DNA of 54,379 bases from an uncultured Flavobacteriaceae bacterium (GTDB taxonomy: Bacteria; Bacteroidota; Bacteroidia; Flavobacteriales; Flavobacteriaceae). Under the pieces are notes generated by a model. It was not told where the DNA came from. It saw only the letters and a program-made list of their open reading frames with translations, and did not search any database. Positions 28,312-37,961 of the stretch are shown in pieces (positions within the stretch are counted from its first letter, which is position 1; every line of letters starts with the position of its first letter). Where the stretch lies: assembly GCA_964563585.1 (NCBI GenBank), contig CAZLXG010000004.1:8594-62972 (forward strand). The letters run 5' to 3'. A program made the translations under genes and the position numbers.

Positions 28312-30159
28312 TTTTTTGAGTTCTTTGTATCTATAATTTACTCCGTAAGCACTTAAATAACAAATTATTAAGCCTTCTTTCCCGTCTAAAAAACCTAACC
28401 TAAAAAAGTAATTTACTATAAACTTGTAAATTGGTCTTAAATAAAAATGAAATGCACTTGGCTTTTTTCCTTTTTTAAAAAGCTCTAAAGCTTTAAGGCC
28501 TGCATAGAATTCCATTTTTGCTTTATAATGTGCAGTACTATCAAAACAAAAATGTAGCATATTATTTTTTAATATTTCACTTTCACCATTAACTATAGGC
28601 ATTTCATGTACTATTTTGTCTTCAATATATTTTACCTTATTTTTTTTAAACAAGCGATAGGTAGTATCGGTTTGAAATCCACTAAATCGTATTCTTTTTT
28701 TCTTGAAGAAAAATATACGCTTGAACATAAATGCAACAGCATCGGTTGGGTTATTAATTGTGTTAATAATTTCGGTTTTTAATTTATTGGTTATACGCTC
28801 ATCGGCATCAATAAATAAAACCCATTTGTAAGTAGCTTGTTGCAAAGCAAAATTTCTTTGGTTTGCAAAATTTTTAAATTCGCGTTGTATAGTTGTTATA
28901 TTTTTAAATTCTGATAATTTTTCAATTGTGCCATCTGTACTAAAAGAATCTACAACTATAATTTCATCAACAAAACTTAAGTTTTCAATAACAGCTTTAA
29001 TATTAAGTTCTTCATTTTTAGTAATGATTAAAGCACTAATCTTTGGTTTATCATTAATAATTACCGATTCAGATAATTTATAATTACTGATGTCTGTTTT
29101 ATTTAATTTTATTAAATATTGTTGTAACGCTTCGGTTAATAATTCAGGTTTAAAATGTTGATATAAATCAATGGAATTTTTTTTCAGAAAAGCTGTGGTT
29201 TTACCTTCAAATAGTTTTGGTAAATAATCTTTTAAGTGTACTGATTGATGATAAAGTCCATCTTCAAAAGTTGCCCAAACCTTTTTCTCTATCCATGGCG
29301 AAAAAATAATAAATGAAGGTTTGTTTAAAGCCTTTGCCATATTTATAGCACCACCATCATTACCAATAATATAATCGCATTGGTTCATAATTGCTATAAA
29401 TTCACGTAGGTTTTTGCCTAAAACATTAAAGTAAATTTGTTTTTTAGTGCTTTCGGCACAATTATCATATACAATTTGTGCGTCTGCCAATTGGTTAGGG
29501 ATGTAGTTAAACAATAGGTTGCAGTTTGTTTGTTTGTTAATACAATCTATTACTTTACTCATATAGGTTAGCGGATACGTTTTGTTTTTGCTACTACCAA
29601 TAATACTCACCATAATAATTTTTTTACGAGTATCTAAACTGTTTTTTTGTAATAAGGTTATCGCTTTTTTATTTTCATTTGCATCCAAATATATTTTTGG
29701 AAGTACTTTAAAATCATGATAAATATCTAAAGGGCTTAACAATTGTTGTCTGTTTTCAATAGCTAAGCCTAAATTAGAGCTTGTACCTTGTAACGGATTT
29801 ATTGGGTTGGTGTATAAAAATTTATTGTATGCTTTTGTATATGATATTTTTGTTTTAGCACCACTAAACAATGTAATTAAATTACTTTCTAATTTTCCGT
29901 AAGCATCAATTACCACATCGTATTTTTCTTTTCTAATGTGAAATAAAAATAGAATGAGTTTTAATTTATTTTTTCTAAAATCTGGAGTAAAAAGCACTAA
30001 TTTATCTATAAAAGGATTGTTGGTAACAACAGGTTGTGTATTACTGTTTACTAAATAATGCACTTCATATTCTGGATGCTTGTTTTTAATCATTTCACAT
30101 AGCATAGAGCAAGTAAGCACATCACCAATCATTTTTTGCTGTATGACTAATACTTTCAT
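28300..30159 (-). CDS. fused glycosyltransferase: N-terminal GT9 (heptosyltransferase-like) plus C-terminal GT2 (WaaE/KdtX-like)
   Basis: 619 aa. The N-terminus MKVLVIQQKMIGDVLTCSML and GNDGGAINMAKAL are GT9 hallmarks. From about aa 365, ISALIITKNEELNI, VVDSFSTDGT and FIDADE form a GT2 module. Confidence 0.75.
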   Translation of the reverse strand: MKVLVIQQKMIGDVLTCSMLCEMIKNKHPEYEVHYLVNSNTQPVVTNNPFIDKLVLFTPDFRKNKLKLILFLFHIRKEKYDVVIDAYGKLESNLITLFSGAKTKISYTKAYNKFLYTNPINPLQGTSSNLGLAIENRQQLLSPLDIYHDFKVLPKIYLDANENKKAITLLQKNSLDTRKKIIMVSIIGSSKNKTYPLTYMSKVIDCINKQTNCNLLFNYIPNQLADAQIVYDNCAESTKKQIYFNVLGKNLREFIAIMNQCDYIIGNDGGAINMAKALNKPSFIIFSPWIEKKVWATFEDGLYHQSVHLKDYLPKLFEGKTTAFLKKNSIDLYQHFKPELLTEALQQYLIKLNKTDISNYKLSESVIINDKPKISALIITKNEELNIKAVIENLSFVDEIIVVDSFSTDGTIEKLSEFKNITTIQREFKNFANQRNFALQQATYKWVLFIDADERITNKLKTEIINTINNPTDAVAFMFKRIFFFKKKRIRFSGFQTDTTYRLFKKNKVKYIEDKIVHEMPIVNGESEILKNNMLHFCFDSTAHYKAKMEFYAGLKALELFKKGKKPSAFHFYLRPIYKFIVNYFFRLGFLDGKEGLIICYLSAYGVNYRYKELKKLIG

Positions 30160-30161
30160 GC

Positions 30162-32054
30162 CTATTCTATGGTTAGTGTATTATTGATGAGGTTGTTGTT
30201 TAAAGACTGTAAATATGCTTTTAATTGCACAGTTAAATCTTGTTGTAAAACTGGGTTTTCTAAAAGAATATTGTTTTGCAAAGTGCTATCCTTTTTATAA
30301 TTGTACAATTCAATAGTTTTTGTGCCATCAAAAATCAAATAATAATCATTTATAGTAGCGTGATACATGCCATTAATAAAATTAATCACTAAGTTTTTGG
30401 AAGTTGTATATTCAAAACCATAACTTATAAACGGTTTGGTGTAATGTAAATATTTTAAAATACTAGGTAAAATATCTATTTGCTGAAAATTGCGTTTGGG
30501 TAAACTTGCTAATTCTTCATTAGTAGGATCAAAAAATAAAATAGGAATGGAATATTCTTGCAAAATTGAGATATAACCACCTTTTTTTCCCATAGAACAG
30601 TGGTCTGCTACAAAAACAAATAAGGTGTTTTTATACCATTTTTGTTGTTTAGCGTAGTTGAAAAATTTTTTCAATGAGTAATCAGTATATCCTACAGTTT
30701 CATAAAAAATTGTATTTCCTTTTTTAAATTTGCCTTTGTGTTTTTTAGGTATTATAAATGGTATGTGTGATGAAATAGTAAAAATACTAGAGAAAAAAGG
30801 TTCTTTAAAACTGGTTAGTTTTTTACCAAAATAGCCTAAAAACTCTTCATCAAAAATACCCCATTTACCATCTTCTTCATCTGGTGAAGTTTGTGGATAT
30901 TCATTTTTGCCATAATAAGCATCAAAACCTGCGATTTTTGCATATTGATTAAAATTTTGACTGCCATTAAATGCACCATGAAAAAAAGAAGTATTGTAGC
31001 CTTCAGCTTTTAATAATTTAGGTAAGGTATTTACCTTATTGAAAGCGTAGGTAGAGGAAACATAAGGTTGACCAATAATATTGGGAATACCAGAAATAAC
31101 AGAAGGTACTGCATCTGCAGAAACTCTACCGTTAGCAAAACCATTTTTAAAATACATTGATTTTTTAATAATTGAATCTAAAAACGGAGTATTGCCTTCA
31201 TCAGGGGAAGAATAACTTACATTTTCATCTCCAAAACTTTCTAAAATAATTACCACTACATTTTTTTTGATAAATGGCACACTATCTTGAAATTGTTTTA
31301 CAGGTGAAAATTGTTTTGCTAATTCATCATTCTTATAAAAATGAAATGGTTGCAAATCATGCTTTCTGCCCATTGTTTTTAAAATGCAAAAAGGAGTGTT
31401 TAATACAATAGGGGTATTGTTTGCAGTGGCGTATTTTATAGCATCAACTCTACGTAAAGGTTTACGTTGTACGCCACCTCTACCTATTAAAATACAGCTT
31501 GCAGTTACAATTAAAAAGACAAATATTTGTTTTAAGTTGTTGGGTAAAGTTGCTTTTTGTAAACTTGTAAAAGGGTGTTTTGTTTTGGGTAGAAATTGAT
31601 AAAAAAGATAAGCAAACATTATAAATAAAAGTAAAACGTACCAATATCTTTTTGCGAAATCGGGTAGGAGACCTCCAATTTCTTGTTCCATTCCTTTTGC
31701 TGTAATTAAATCAAATGTACTACGTTTACCCGTAAATTTATAATATATAAAATCAATAAAATTGGTGCTAATAAAAACTAGATTAACTACATAAAATAAC
31801 AATTTTAATACTTTTTGATAACCAGTTTTGTATTTAAAACGTCCAGGTATGGTGTGTAAAGCAATTAATAGAATATTACTGTAAAATATTACAGATAAAT
31901 CAAACCTAATACCACCTATAAAGTTAAAAAAACTAACATTTTGAAAGCTATTCCAATGAAAAGCTAAAAAACCAATGCGTACCAAACTATATGCAGAAAT
32001 CACATATAAAATACGTTTGAGTAATAAAGTACAACTTAAAAGGTAGTTATTCAT
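30162..32054 (-). CDS. LTA synthase / phosphoglycerol- or phosphoethanolamine-transferase-like sulfatase family membrane protein
   Basis: 630 aa. N-terminal five-TM region followed by an alkaline-phosphatase-superfamily domain (VVIILESFG, ADHC region FVADHCSMG). Confidence 0.8.
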   Translation of the reverse strand: MNNYLLSCTLLLKRILYVISAYSLVRIGFLAFHWNSFQNVSFFNFIGGIRFDLSVIFYSNILLIALHTIPGRFKYKTGYQKVLKLLFYVVNLVFISTNFIDFIYYKFTGKRSTFDLITAKGMEQEIGGLLPDFAKRYWYVLLLFIMFAYLFYQFLPKTKHPFTSLQKATLPNNLKQIFVFLIVTASCILIGRGGVQRKPLRRVDAIKYATANNTPIVLNTPFCILKTMGRKHDLQPFHFYKNDELAKQFSPVKQFQDSVPFIKKNVVVIILESFGDENVSYSSPDEGNTPFLDSIIKKSMYFKNGFANGRVSADAVPSVISGIPNIIGQPYVSSTYAFNKVNTLPKLLKAEGYNTSFFHGAFNGSQNFNQYAKIAGFDAYYGKNEYPQTSPDEEDGKWGIFDEEFLGYFGKKLTSFKEPFFSSIFTISSHIPFIIPKKHKGKFKKGNTIFYETVGYTDYSLKKFFNYAKQQKWYKNTLFVFVADHCSMGKKGGYISILQEYSIPILFFDPTNEELASLPKRNFQQIDILPSILKYLHYTKPFISYGFEYTTSKNLVINFINGMYHATINDYYLIFDGTKTIELYNYKKDSTLQNNILLENPVLQQDLTVQLKAYLQSLNNNLINNTLTIE

Positions 32055-32075
32055 TTTTTTACAGGAATATTGTAA

Positions 32076-32891
32076 TTAAACAACAACATCATGTTCGCGA
32101 AGTGCATTGTTAAGCGATGTTTTTTTGTTGGTACTTTCTTTACGTTTACCAATAATTAAAGCACAAGGTACATTATAAGTTCCAGCAGCAAATGTTTTAG
32201 GGTAACTACCAGGAATAACTACAGAACGAGCAGGAACACGACCTTTGTATTCAACAGGTTCATTACCAGTAACATCAATAATCTTAGTACTCATAGTTAA
32301 AACTACACCAGCACCAAGTACAGCTTCAGTTTCAACATGAACACCTTCAACGACAATACAACGACTACCAATAAACGCATTATCTTCAATAATTACAGGA
32401 GCAGCTTGTAAAGGCTCTAAAACACCACCAATACCAACGCCACCAGAAAGGTGAACATTTTTACCAATTTGAGCACAACTACCAACTGTTGCCCAAGTAT
32501 CAACCATAGTACCTTTATCTACATAAGCACCAATGTTAACATAACTAGGCATTAAAATAGTACCGCTAGAAATATAAGCACCATGTCTTGCAACAGCATG
32601 TGGTACAACACGTATGCCTTTTTCAGCATAACCAGTTTTTAGTGGAATTTTATCATGATATTCAAAAATGCCAACTTCAAAAGTTTTCATTTTTTGTATA
32701 GGAAAGTATAGAACTACTGCTTTTTTAACCCACTCGTTAACTTGCCAACCACTTTCAATAGGTTCAGCAACTCTTAATTCACCTTTATCTAAAAGGTCTA
32801 TTACTTTTCTAATTGCTGAAGTTGTAGCGTTTTCTTTTAAAAGTTCTCTGTTATCCCAAGCTTTTTCTATGGTAAGTTGTAATTCTGTCAT
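32076..32891 (-). CDS. dapD: 2,3,4,5-tetrahydropyridine-2,6-dicarboxylate N-succinyltransferase
   Basis: 271 aa. N-terminal helical domain followed by hexapeptide (LbH) repeats IGAYVDKGTMVDTWATVGSCAQIGKNVHLSGGVGIGG. Confidence 0.9.
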   Translation of the reverse strand: MTELQLTIEKAWDNRELLKENATTSAIRKVIDLLDKGELRVAEPIESGWQVNEWVKKAVVLYFPIQKMKTFEVGIFEYHDKIPLKTGYAEKGIRVVPHAVARHGAYISSGTILMPSYVNIGAYVDKGTMVDTWATVGSCAQIGKNVHLSGGVGIGGVLEPLQAAPVIIEDNAFIGSRCIVVEGVHVETEAVLGAGVVLTMSTKIIDVTGNEPVEYKGRVPARSVVIPGSYPKTFAAGTYNVPCALIIGKRKESTNKKTSLNNALREHDVVV

Positions 32892-33221
32892 TAGTGTTTA
32901 AATTTTGAACAAATATAATGTGTATCTATTAAAAAAGTGAAGGAAAGACGCAGAATATGGGTTTTAGAATTGATAAAAATTTCATCTTTTTTATCAGAAT
33001 TATTCAAAATATAAAGTCGTTTTTTCCTTTTAAGGAATTGAATAAATCGATGAATTACATTTCTGAGGTATTTAATCGGTTTAAATAAACTGTTTATCTA
33101 TTCATCGATGGAAATCCTACCGTTTTCTAATAAACGAGTATTCGGTTGCTTACAACTAATTTTTTGCACATAAACTTTAGTGTGGAAGTATATTTGTCTC
33201 ATCAAAAAGAAACCAAATCTG

Positions 33222-33527
33222 ATGAAAACAAATTATTACATATTATTAATTTTATTACTTTCTTTCTCTTTCGCAAATGCGCAGAGTACAGAAGTAAGTG
33301 TTGAAGCTGTTAATACAATTACTGTTTCAGAAATTAATGATGACGTTACTGTTTCTGTAGAGAGTACATCTACAATAAACAAAAATGTAATAATTATTGA
33401 CGCTGCTAAAGTGAAAGAGCGTATTGCAAGAAGTAGTAGTGATATTAGAATATTTTTAAATCGTGAAAGAAAGGTTGAAAATATTAAGTTATTGTTTCCA
33501 AAAATAAATAAAGCAAGAACTGCTTAA
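33222..33527 (+). CDS. small secreted hypothetical protein
   Basis: The ATG at 33222 gives MKTNYYILLILLLSFSFANAQ, a clean signal peptide. The GTG at 33180 in the track adds 14 unlikely residues. Confidence 0.5.
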   Translation: MKTNYYILLILLLSFSFANAQSTEVSVEAVNTITVSEINDDVTVSVESTSTINKNVIIIDAAKVKERIARSSSDIRIFLNRERKVENIKLLFPKINKARTA

Positions 33528-33640
33528 AAAAGGAATTTATATTCAAATATTAATAATAAAGTTAAACTATTAAAAAAAGGCAGTCTGTAAAAAGGCTGTC
33601 TTTTTTGTTTTAAAGCACTATTTTTGTACAAAATTTATTT

Positions 33641-34051
33641 ATGGCTCGCATTTTAGCAATAGATTATGGTAAGAAAAGGACAGGAATAGCTATAACGGAT
33701 GAGTTACAAATTATTGCTTCTGGTCTTACAACAGTTTCTACAAAAGAACTAATTCCATTTTTAAAAGAGTATACTGCAATTGAAAACGTTGAGTTGTTTT
33801 TAATAGGAGAACCAAAGCAAATGGATAATACAGCATCAGAAAGTGAAGCTTTAATTTTACCATTTATTGAAAAACTAGAAAAACAAATTCCTATTATTCC
33901 TATTAAAAGAGTTGATGAACGTTTTACATCTAAAATGGCTTTTCAAACGATGATAGATAGTGGCTTAAAAAAACAACAACGCAAGAACAAATCGCTTGTA
34001 GATGAAATTAGTGCAACACTTATTTTACAGAGTTACTTGTATAATAAATAA
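33641..34051 (+). CDS. ruvX: Holliday junction resolvase-like / pre-16S rRNA nuclease YqgF
   Basis: 136 aa. The N-terminus ILAIDYGKKRTGIAI and DERFTS are the YqgF signature. Confidence 0.9.
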   Translation: MARILAIDYGKKRTGIAITDELQIIASGLTTVSTKELIPFLKEYTAIENVELFLIGEPKQMDNTASESEALILPFIEKLEKQIPIIPIKRVDERFTSKMAFQTMIDSGLKKQQRKNKSLVDEISATLILQSYLYNK

Positions 34052-34085
34052 TGTATTTTTACACGAATAAACCCAACTTATAATA

Positions 34086-34676
34086 ATGATTTTACCAATA
34101 GTTGCATACGGCGACCCCGTTTTAAAAAAGAAAGGAATTGAAATAACAAAAGACTATCCGAAATTTGATGAGCTTTTGTCTAATATGTTCGAAACCATGT
34201 ATAATGCTTTTGGTGTTGGTTTAGCAGCCCCACAAATAGGGCTGCCAATACGAATGTTTTTAGTAGATATGACTCCTTTTTCTGAGGATGAAAAATTATC
34301 TGAAGAAGAACAAAATACTTTAAAGGATTTTAAACGGGTTTTTATAAATGCAAAAATAACTAAAGAAGATGGTGATGAATGGGCTTTTAACGAAGGTTGT
34401 TTAAGTATTCCAGATGTGAGAGAAGATGTTTTTAGGCAGCCAAAAATTACTATTGAGTATGTTGATGAGAATTTCAAAAAACATAAAGAAGAATATGAAG
34501 GCTTAATAGCAAGAGTTATTCAGCATGAATACGACCATATAGAAGGCATTTTATTTACTGATAAATTATCAAGTTTAAAAAAACGCTTAATAAAAGGAAA
34601 GCTTAGTAATATTTCAAAAGGAAAAATTAATGTGGATTATAGAATGCGTTTTCCAAGTCAAAAAAAGAAACGATAA
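34086..34676 (+). CDS. def: peptide deformylase
   Basis: 196 aa. GVGLAAPQIG, EGCLSIP and QHEYDHIEG, the three Def motifs. Confidence 0.95.
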   Translation: MILPIVAYGDPVLKKKGIEITKDYPKFDELLSNMFETMYNAFGVGLAAPQIGLPIRMFLVDMTPFSEDEKLSEEEQNTLKDFKRVFINAKITKEDGDEWAFNEGCLSIPDVREDVFRQPKITIEYVDENFKKHKEEYEGLIARVIQHEYDHIEGILFTDKLSSLKKRLIKGKLSNISKGKINVDYRMRFPSQKKKR

Positions 34677-34732
34677 TATTTGCACGACATTAATAAACAG
34701 ATGATATTTGCGCTTTTAAAAAATAATAATTT

Positions 34733-35167
34733 ATGACTTTAGATAAAGTATTAGCTATAGGAGGAAAACCCGGTTTATATAAATTAATTACTCAAACAAG
34801 AGGTGGTTTTGTTGCAGAATCGTTAATAGACAATAAACGTATATCTGTAAGTGTACAACAAAATGTAAGTGTGTTAAGTGAAATCGCAATTTACACACTA
34901 ACTCAAGAAATTCCTTTACGTGAAGTTTTATCAAAAATTAAAGAAAAAGAAAACGGTAAAACTACAAGTGTAAAACCTAAAGACTCTAAAGATAAATTAG
35001 AAGAGTATTTCTTTGATGTATTACCCGATTATGATGAAGACAGGGTATATCCTAGCGATATTAAAAAAGTTTTGCAATGGTATAATTTATTACAACAAAA
35101 CAATTTGTTGGATTTATTAGAAGAAGAAGAAGCTGAAAAAAACAAATCTTTTGATGAAGAAGAATAA
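34733..35167 (+). CDS. DUF5606-like conserved hypothetical protein
   Basis: 144 aa. The N-terminus LDKVLAIGGKPGLYKLITQTRGGFVAESL is as remembered for DUF5606, which is commonly found next to def in Bacteroidota. Confidence 0.55.
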   Translation: MTLDKVLAIGGKPGLYKLITQTRGGFVAESLIDNKRISVSVQQNVSVLSEIAIYTLTQEIPLREVLSKIKEKENGKTTSVKPKDSKDKLEEYFFDVLPDYDEDRVYPSDIKKVLQWYNLLQQNNLLDLLEEEEAEKNKSFDEEE

Positions 35168-35188
35168 TTAAAATCACATATATTATAT

Positions 35189-35218
35189 AAACCTTCTTAT
35201 TTATGGAGGTTTTTTTTA
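35189..35218 (+). terminator. weak rho-independent terminator after the DUF5606 gene
   Basis: Short stem aacct / aggtt followed by a T8 run. Confidence 0.45.
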
Positions 35219-35282
35219 TGCTTTTTTTGTAAGTTTCTCTATTATCTTCCGACAAGAATATAACTAACAAAACTCACTTTAA

Positions 35283-35956
35283 ATGAAATCACTTTGGTTT
35301 TTCGATGATGTCAACCTATTTAAGGCGCTTTGTCCACATAAATTTAAAGCATACAAAGCCAATCATAATTTTGATGCCTATAAAAAACAAGATTATATTT
35401 ACTTTGAAGACGATTCATCTAATAAAGTGTATTTAATAGAAAAAGGTAAAGTTAAAATTGGCTATTATAGTGAAAATGGAGAAGAGGTAGTAAAAGCTAT
35501 ATTAACAAGTGGTGAATTGTTTGGAGAAAAGGCAATTCTTGGTGAAAATGTTAGAGACGAATTTGCACAATCTATAGAAAACGAAACTTCCATCTGCCCA
35601 ATAGGAGTGGAAACTATGCATGAATTAATGCGAGATAATCAAAACTTCAGTTTTAAAGTATATAAGTTTATTGGTTTTAAGTTTAAAAAATTAGAGCGCA
35701 GACTTCAGCTTTTATTATTTAAAGACACTAAAATACGTTTAGTAGAATTTCTTGACGAATTATGTGAGGAATATGGTTACGATTGTAAAAAAACAGGCGA
35801 CCATGTTATTAAACACCCTTATACACAAAAAGATATTGCTTCATTAATAGGTACTTCAAAAGACCTACATTAAATATTCTTTTAAACGAATTAAAAGAAG
35901 AAAACTACATTAATTTTAGAAGGAAAGAAATCAGAATTTTAAAAAAAACAGCTTAA
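35283..35956 (+). pseudogene. Crp/Fnr family transcriptional regulator interrupted by a 1-nt frameshift before the HTH recognition helix
   Basis: The cNMP-binding domain is intact (GELFGEKAILG). The ORF ends ...DIASLIGTSKDLH* at 35873. The adjacent frame, from about 35861, reads RPTLNILLNELKEENYINFRRKEIRILKKTA* and stops at 35954-35956. That is exactly the expected HTH continuation. The shift maps to the run tcaaaaga at 35857-35863. Confidence 0.75.
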
Positions 35957-36030
35957 TGTTAGCTAGCTAACATTTTCTAAAAGTATCATACTCTAATTTT
36001 GAATTATTAAATAATTTAAAAAAAAATAGT

Positions 36031-36909
36031 ATGATTAGAAAAATGTTTTTTGCAGTATTAGCAATGGGAATCTTTGCTACTTCTTGTGGTAGTGATGATG
36101 ATAACGGACCTACAACCTCAAGTTTAACCATAGACTTTACAGGGTTAGATGAATTAGGTAATGGTTATGTTTACGAAGGTTGGATTATTATTGATGGCGC
36201 ACCAGTTTCAACAGGTGTTTTAACAAGCTTAACATTTCCGCAAACTATAACAATGGAAACTGCTCAAATTGAAGCAGCAGCAACGTTTGTGTTATCCATT
36301 GAGCCACCAAACGATACAAATCCTGACCCAGCACCAACTAAAATTTTAGCGGGTGATTTTTCAGGAAATACAGCCAATGTAAGCTCAAGAGGTATAGTTG
36401 GCGATTTTAGTAGTTCCACAGGAGCTTACATTTTAGCGACTCCTACTGACGGAGGAGGTGATACAAACGAAGAAAGTGGCGTTTGGTTTTTAGATAATTC
36501 TAGCGGAACTGCGGTTGCTGGATTAAACTTGTTACCAATACTTAATGACGGGTGGATATATGAAGGTTGGGCAGTAATTGGAGGAGTTCCAGTAAGTACA
36601 GGAACTTTTACATCAGCTTCAGGTTTTGATGATAATGCAACCACAACACCATTTAAGGGTGATGCGGGTGATGGACCAGCTTTTCCAGGTGAAGATTTTT
36701 TACAAAATGCGCCATCAGGAATGACATTTCCAACAGATTTAAAAGGAGCAACAATTGTTATTTCTGTTGAGCCTAGTCCAGATAATAGTGCAGGTCCTTT
36801 TACATTAAAACCACTAGTACATGTGGTTCCTACTGATGCAATGAATCATGTTACAATTGCAATGGGAACAGGTCTAGTAGCTGAATTAACAGGAATTGTT
36901 ACACGATAA
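36031..36909 (+). CDS. lipoprotein with two tandem RskA-C-terminal-like (anti-sigma-K-like) domains
   Basis: 292 aa. Lipobox AMGIFATSCGSDD. Internal duplication GYVYEGWIIIDGAPVSTGVLTS...VLSIEPPND versus GWIYEGWAVIGGVPVSTGTFTS...VISVEPSPD. Confidence 0.65.
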   Translation: MIRKMFFAVLAMGIFATSCGSDDDNGPTTSSLTIDFTGLDELGNGYVYEGWIIIDGAPVSTGVLTSLTFPQTITMETAQIEAAATFVLSIEPPNDTNPDPAPTKILAGDFSGNTANVSSRGIVGDFSSSTGAYILATPTDGGGDTNEESGVWFLDNSSGTAVAGLNLLPILNDGWIYEGWAVIGGVPVSTGTFTSASGFDDNATTTPFKGDAGDGPAFPGEDFLQNAPSGMTFPTDLKGATIVISVEPSPDNSAGPFTLKPLVHVVPTDAMNHVTIAMGTGLVAELTGIVTR

Positions 36910-36943
36910 AATCGTTATTATACTTTGCTTTTTGTTAGATTTG

Positions 36944-36980
36944 AAGCATAGTTTCGACATAGAAACTATGCTTTTAATTT
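36944..36980 (+). terminator. rho-independent terminator after the lipoprotein gene
   Basis: Perfect 12-bp stem aagcatagtttc / gaaactatgctt followed by ttaatttt. Confidence 0.6.
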
Positions 36981-36987
36981 TATAAAA

Positions 36988-37545
36988 ATGAAAATTTCTA
37001 AGTCTCAACGAAACAATATTATTTTTCTTGTCATAATTGCATTTTTAATTATTCCACAAACAAGAAAACCTATACAAGTCTTTTTAAATAAGGGTCTAGC
37101 TTTATTTAGCCCATCTACTATAAATAAAAACAAACAATCTAGGTTAATAACTTATAATTGGAAACTGAAAGATGAAAACGGAAATGTTTTCAATTTTAAA
37201 AGCACAAAAGGTAAAGTTGTTTTAGTAAATTTTTGGGCAACTTGGTGTCCGCCATGTATTGCCGAAATGCCAAGTTTACAAAAGCTTTATAATGATTATA
37301 ATGATAAAATTGAATTTGTTTTTGTTTCAAATGAAAAAAATAATATAATTAATTCCTATTTAGCAAAAAACGATTACACTTTTAAAGCATATAAACCAAT
37401 TGATAATTCAAATTTCTTTGAAGTATCAAGTATTCCTAGAACGTTTTTAATAGATAAAAAGGGTAATATTGTAATTAATAAAACTGGTGCAGCCAATTGG
37501 AATAGTGATTCGGTAAGAAAAACTATTGATAATTTATTGAAATAA
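36988..37545 (+). CDS. TlpA-family thiol:disulfide oxidoreductase (thioredoxin fold)
   Basis: 185 aa. N-terminal membrane anchor, active site FWATWCPPC, and the cis-Pro region SSIPRTFLIDKKG. Confidence 0.85.
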   Translation: MKISKSQRNNIIFLVIIAFLIIPQTRKPIQVFLNKGLALFSPSTINKNKQSRLITYNWKLKDENGNVFNFKSTKGKVVLVNFWATWCPPCIAEMPSLQKLYNDYNDKIEFVFVSNEKNNIINSYLAKNDYTFKAYKPIDNSNFFEVSSIPRTFLIDKKGNIVINKTGAANWNSDSVRKTIDNLLK

Positions 37546-37549
37546 AAAG

Positions 37550-37635
37550 TGCGCACGAGAAGATTCGAACTTCCACATCCTAAAACGGATACTGGCCCCT
37601 CAAGCCAGCGCGTCTACCAATTCCGCCACGTGCGC
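37550..37635 (-). tRNA. tRNA-Leu (anticodon GAG), class II with a long variable arm
   Basis: Hand fold: acceptor gcgcacg/cgtgcgc, D-arm tggcggaattggtagacgcg, anticodon stem ctggc/gccag with loop ttGAGgg, long variable arm, T-arm ggaag-ttcgaat-cttct, discriminator A. CCA is not encoded. Confidence 0.9.
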
Positions 37636-37658
37636 AAATTAATTTCAAGATTAGTGGG

Positions 37659-37666
37659 TAAAGATA
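37659..37666 (-). promoter_or_regulatory. candidate -7 box upstream of tRNA-Leu
   Basis: The minus strand reads tatctttacccac about 23 nt upstream of the tRNA 5-prime end. This is a near-consensus TAnnTTT(A) followed by a C-rich discriminator, like the tRNA-Lys promoter. Confidence 0.3.
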
Positions 37667-37961
37667 ATAATGTAAATTCTACCACGAAATTTTTAGTAAA
37701 GTAAATTAAGCACATACATATTATCAATTCTTCTTATTATTTTATCATTTTACTTATTTTGCATTGTATTACTTCATTAATTTAAAATTTAGTGCATATT
37801 TTAACCTAAATTAAATCAATTAAGATGAATAATATCAAGCCTAAATTTTCAATAGTAATACTATTTTTATCTTCTTTAAAACCATTTTCTTGAATAATAC
37901 CTCAGTTAATTTGCATTATATTATACATATACTGATAATAAAATCCTGCATCAACAGTACT

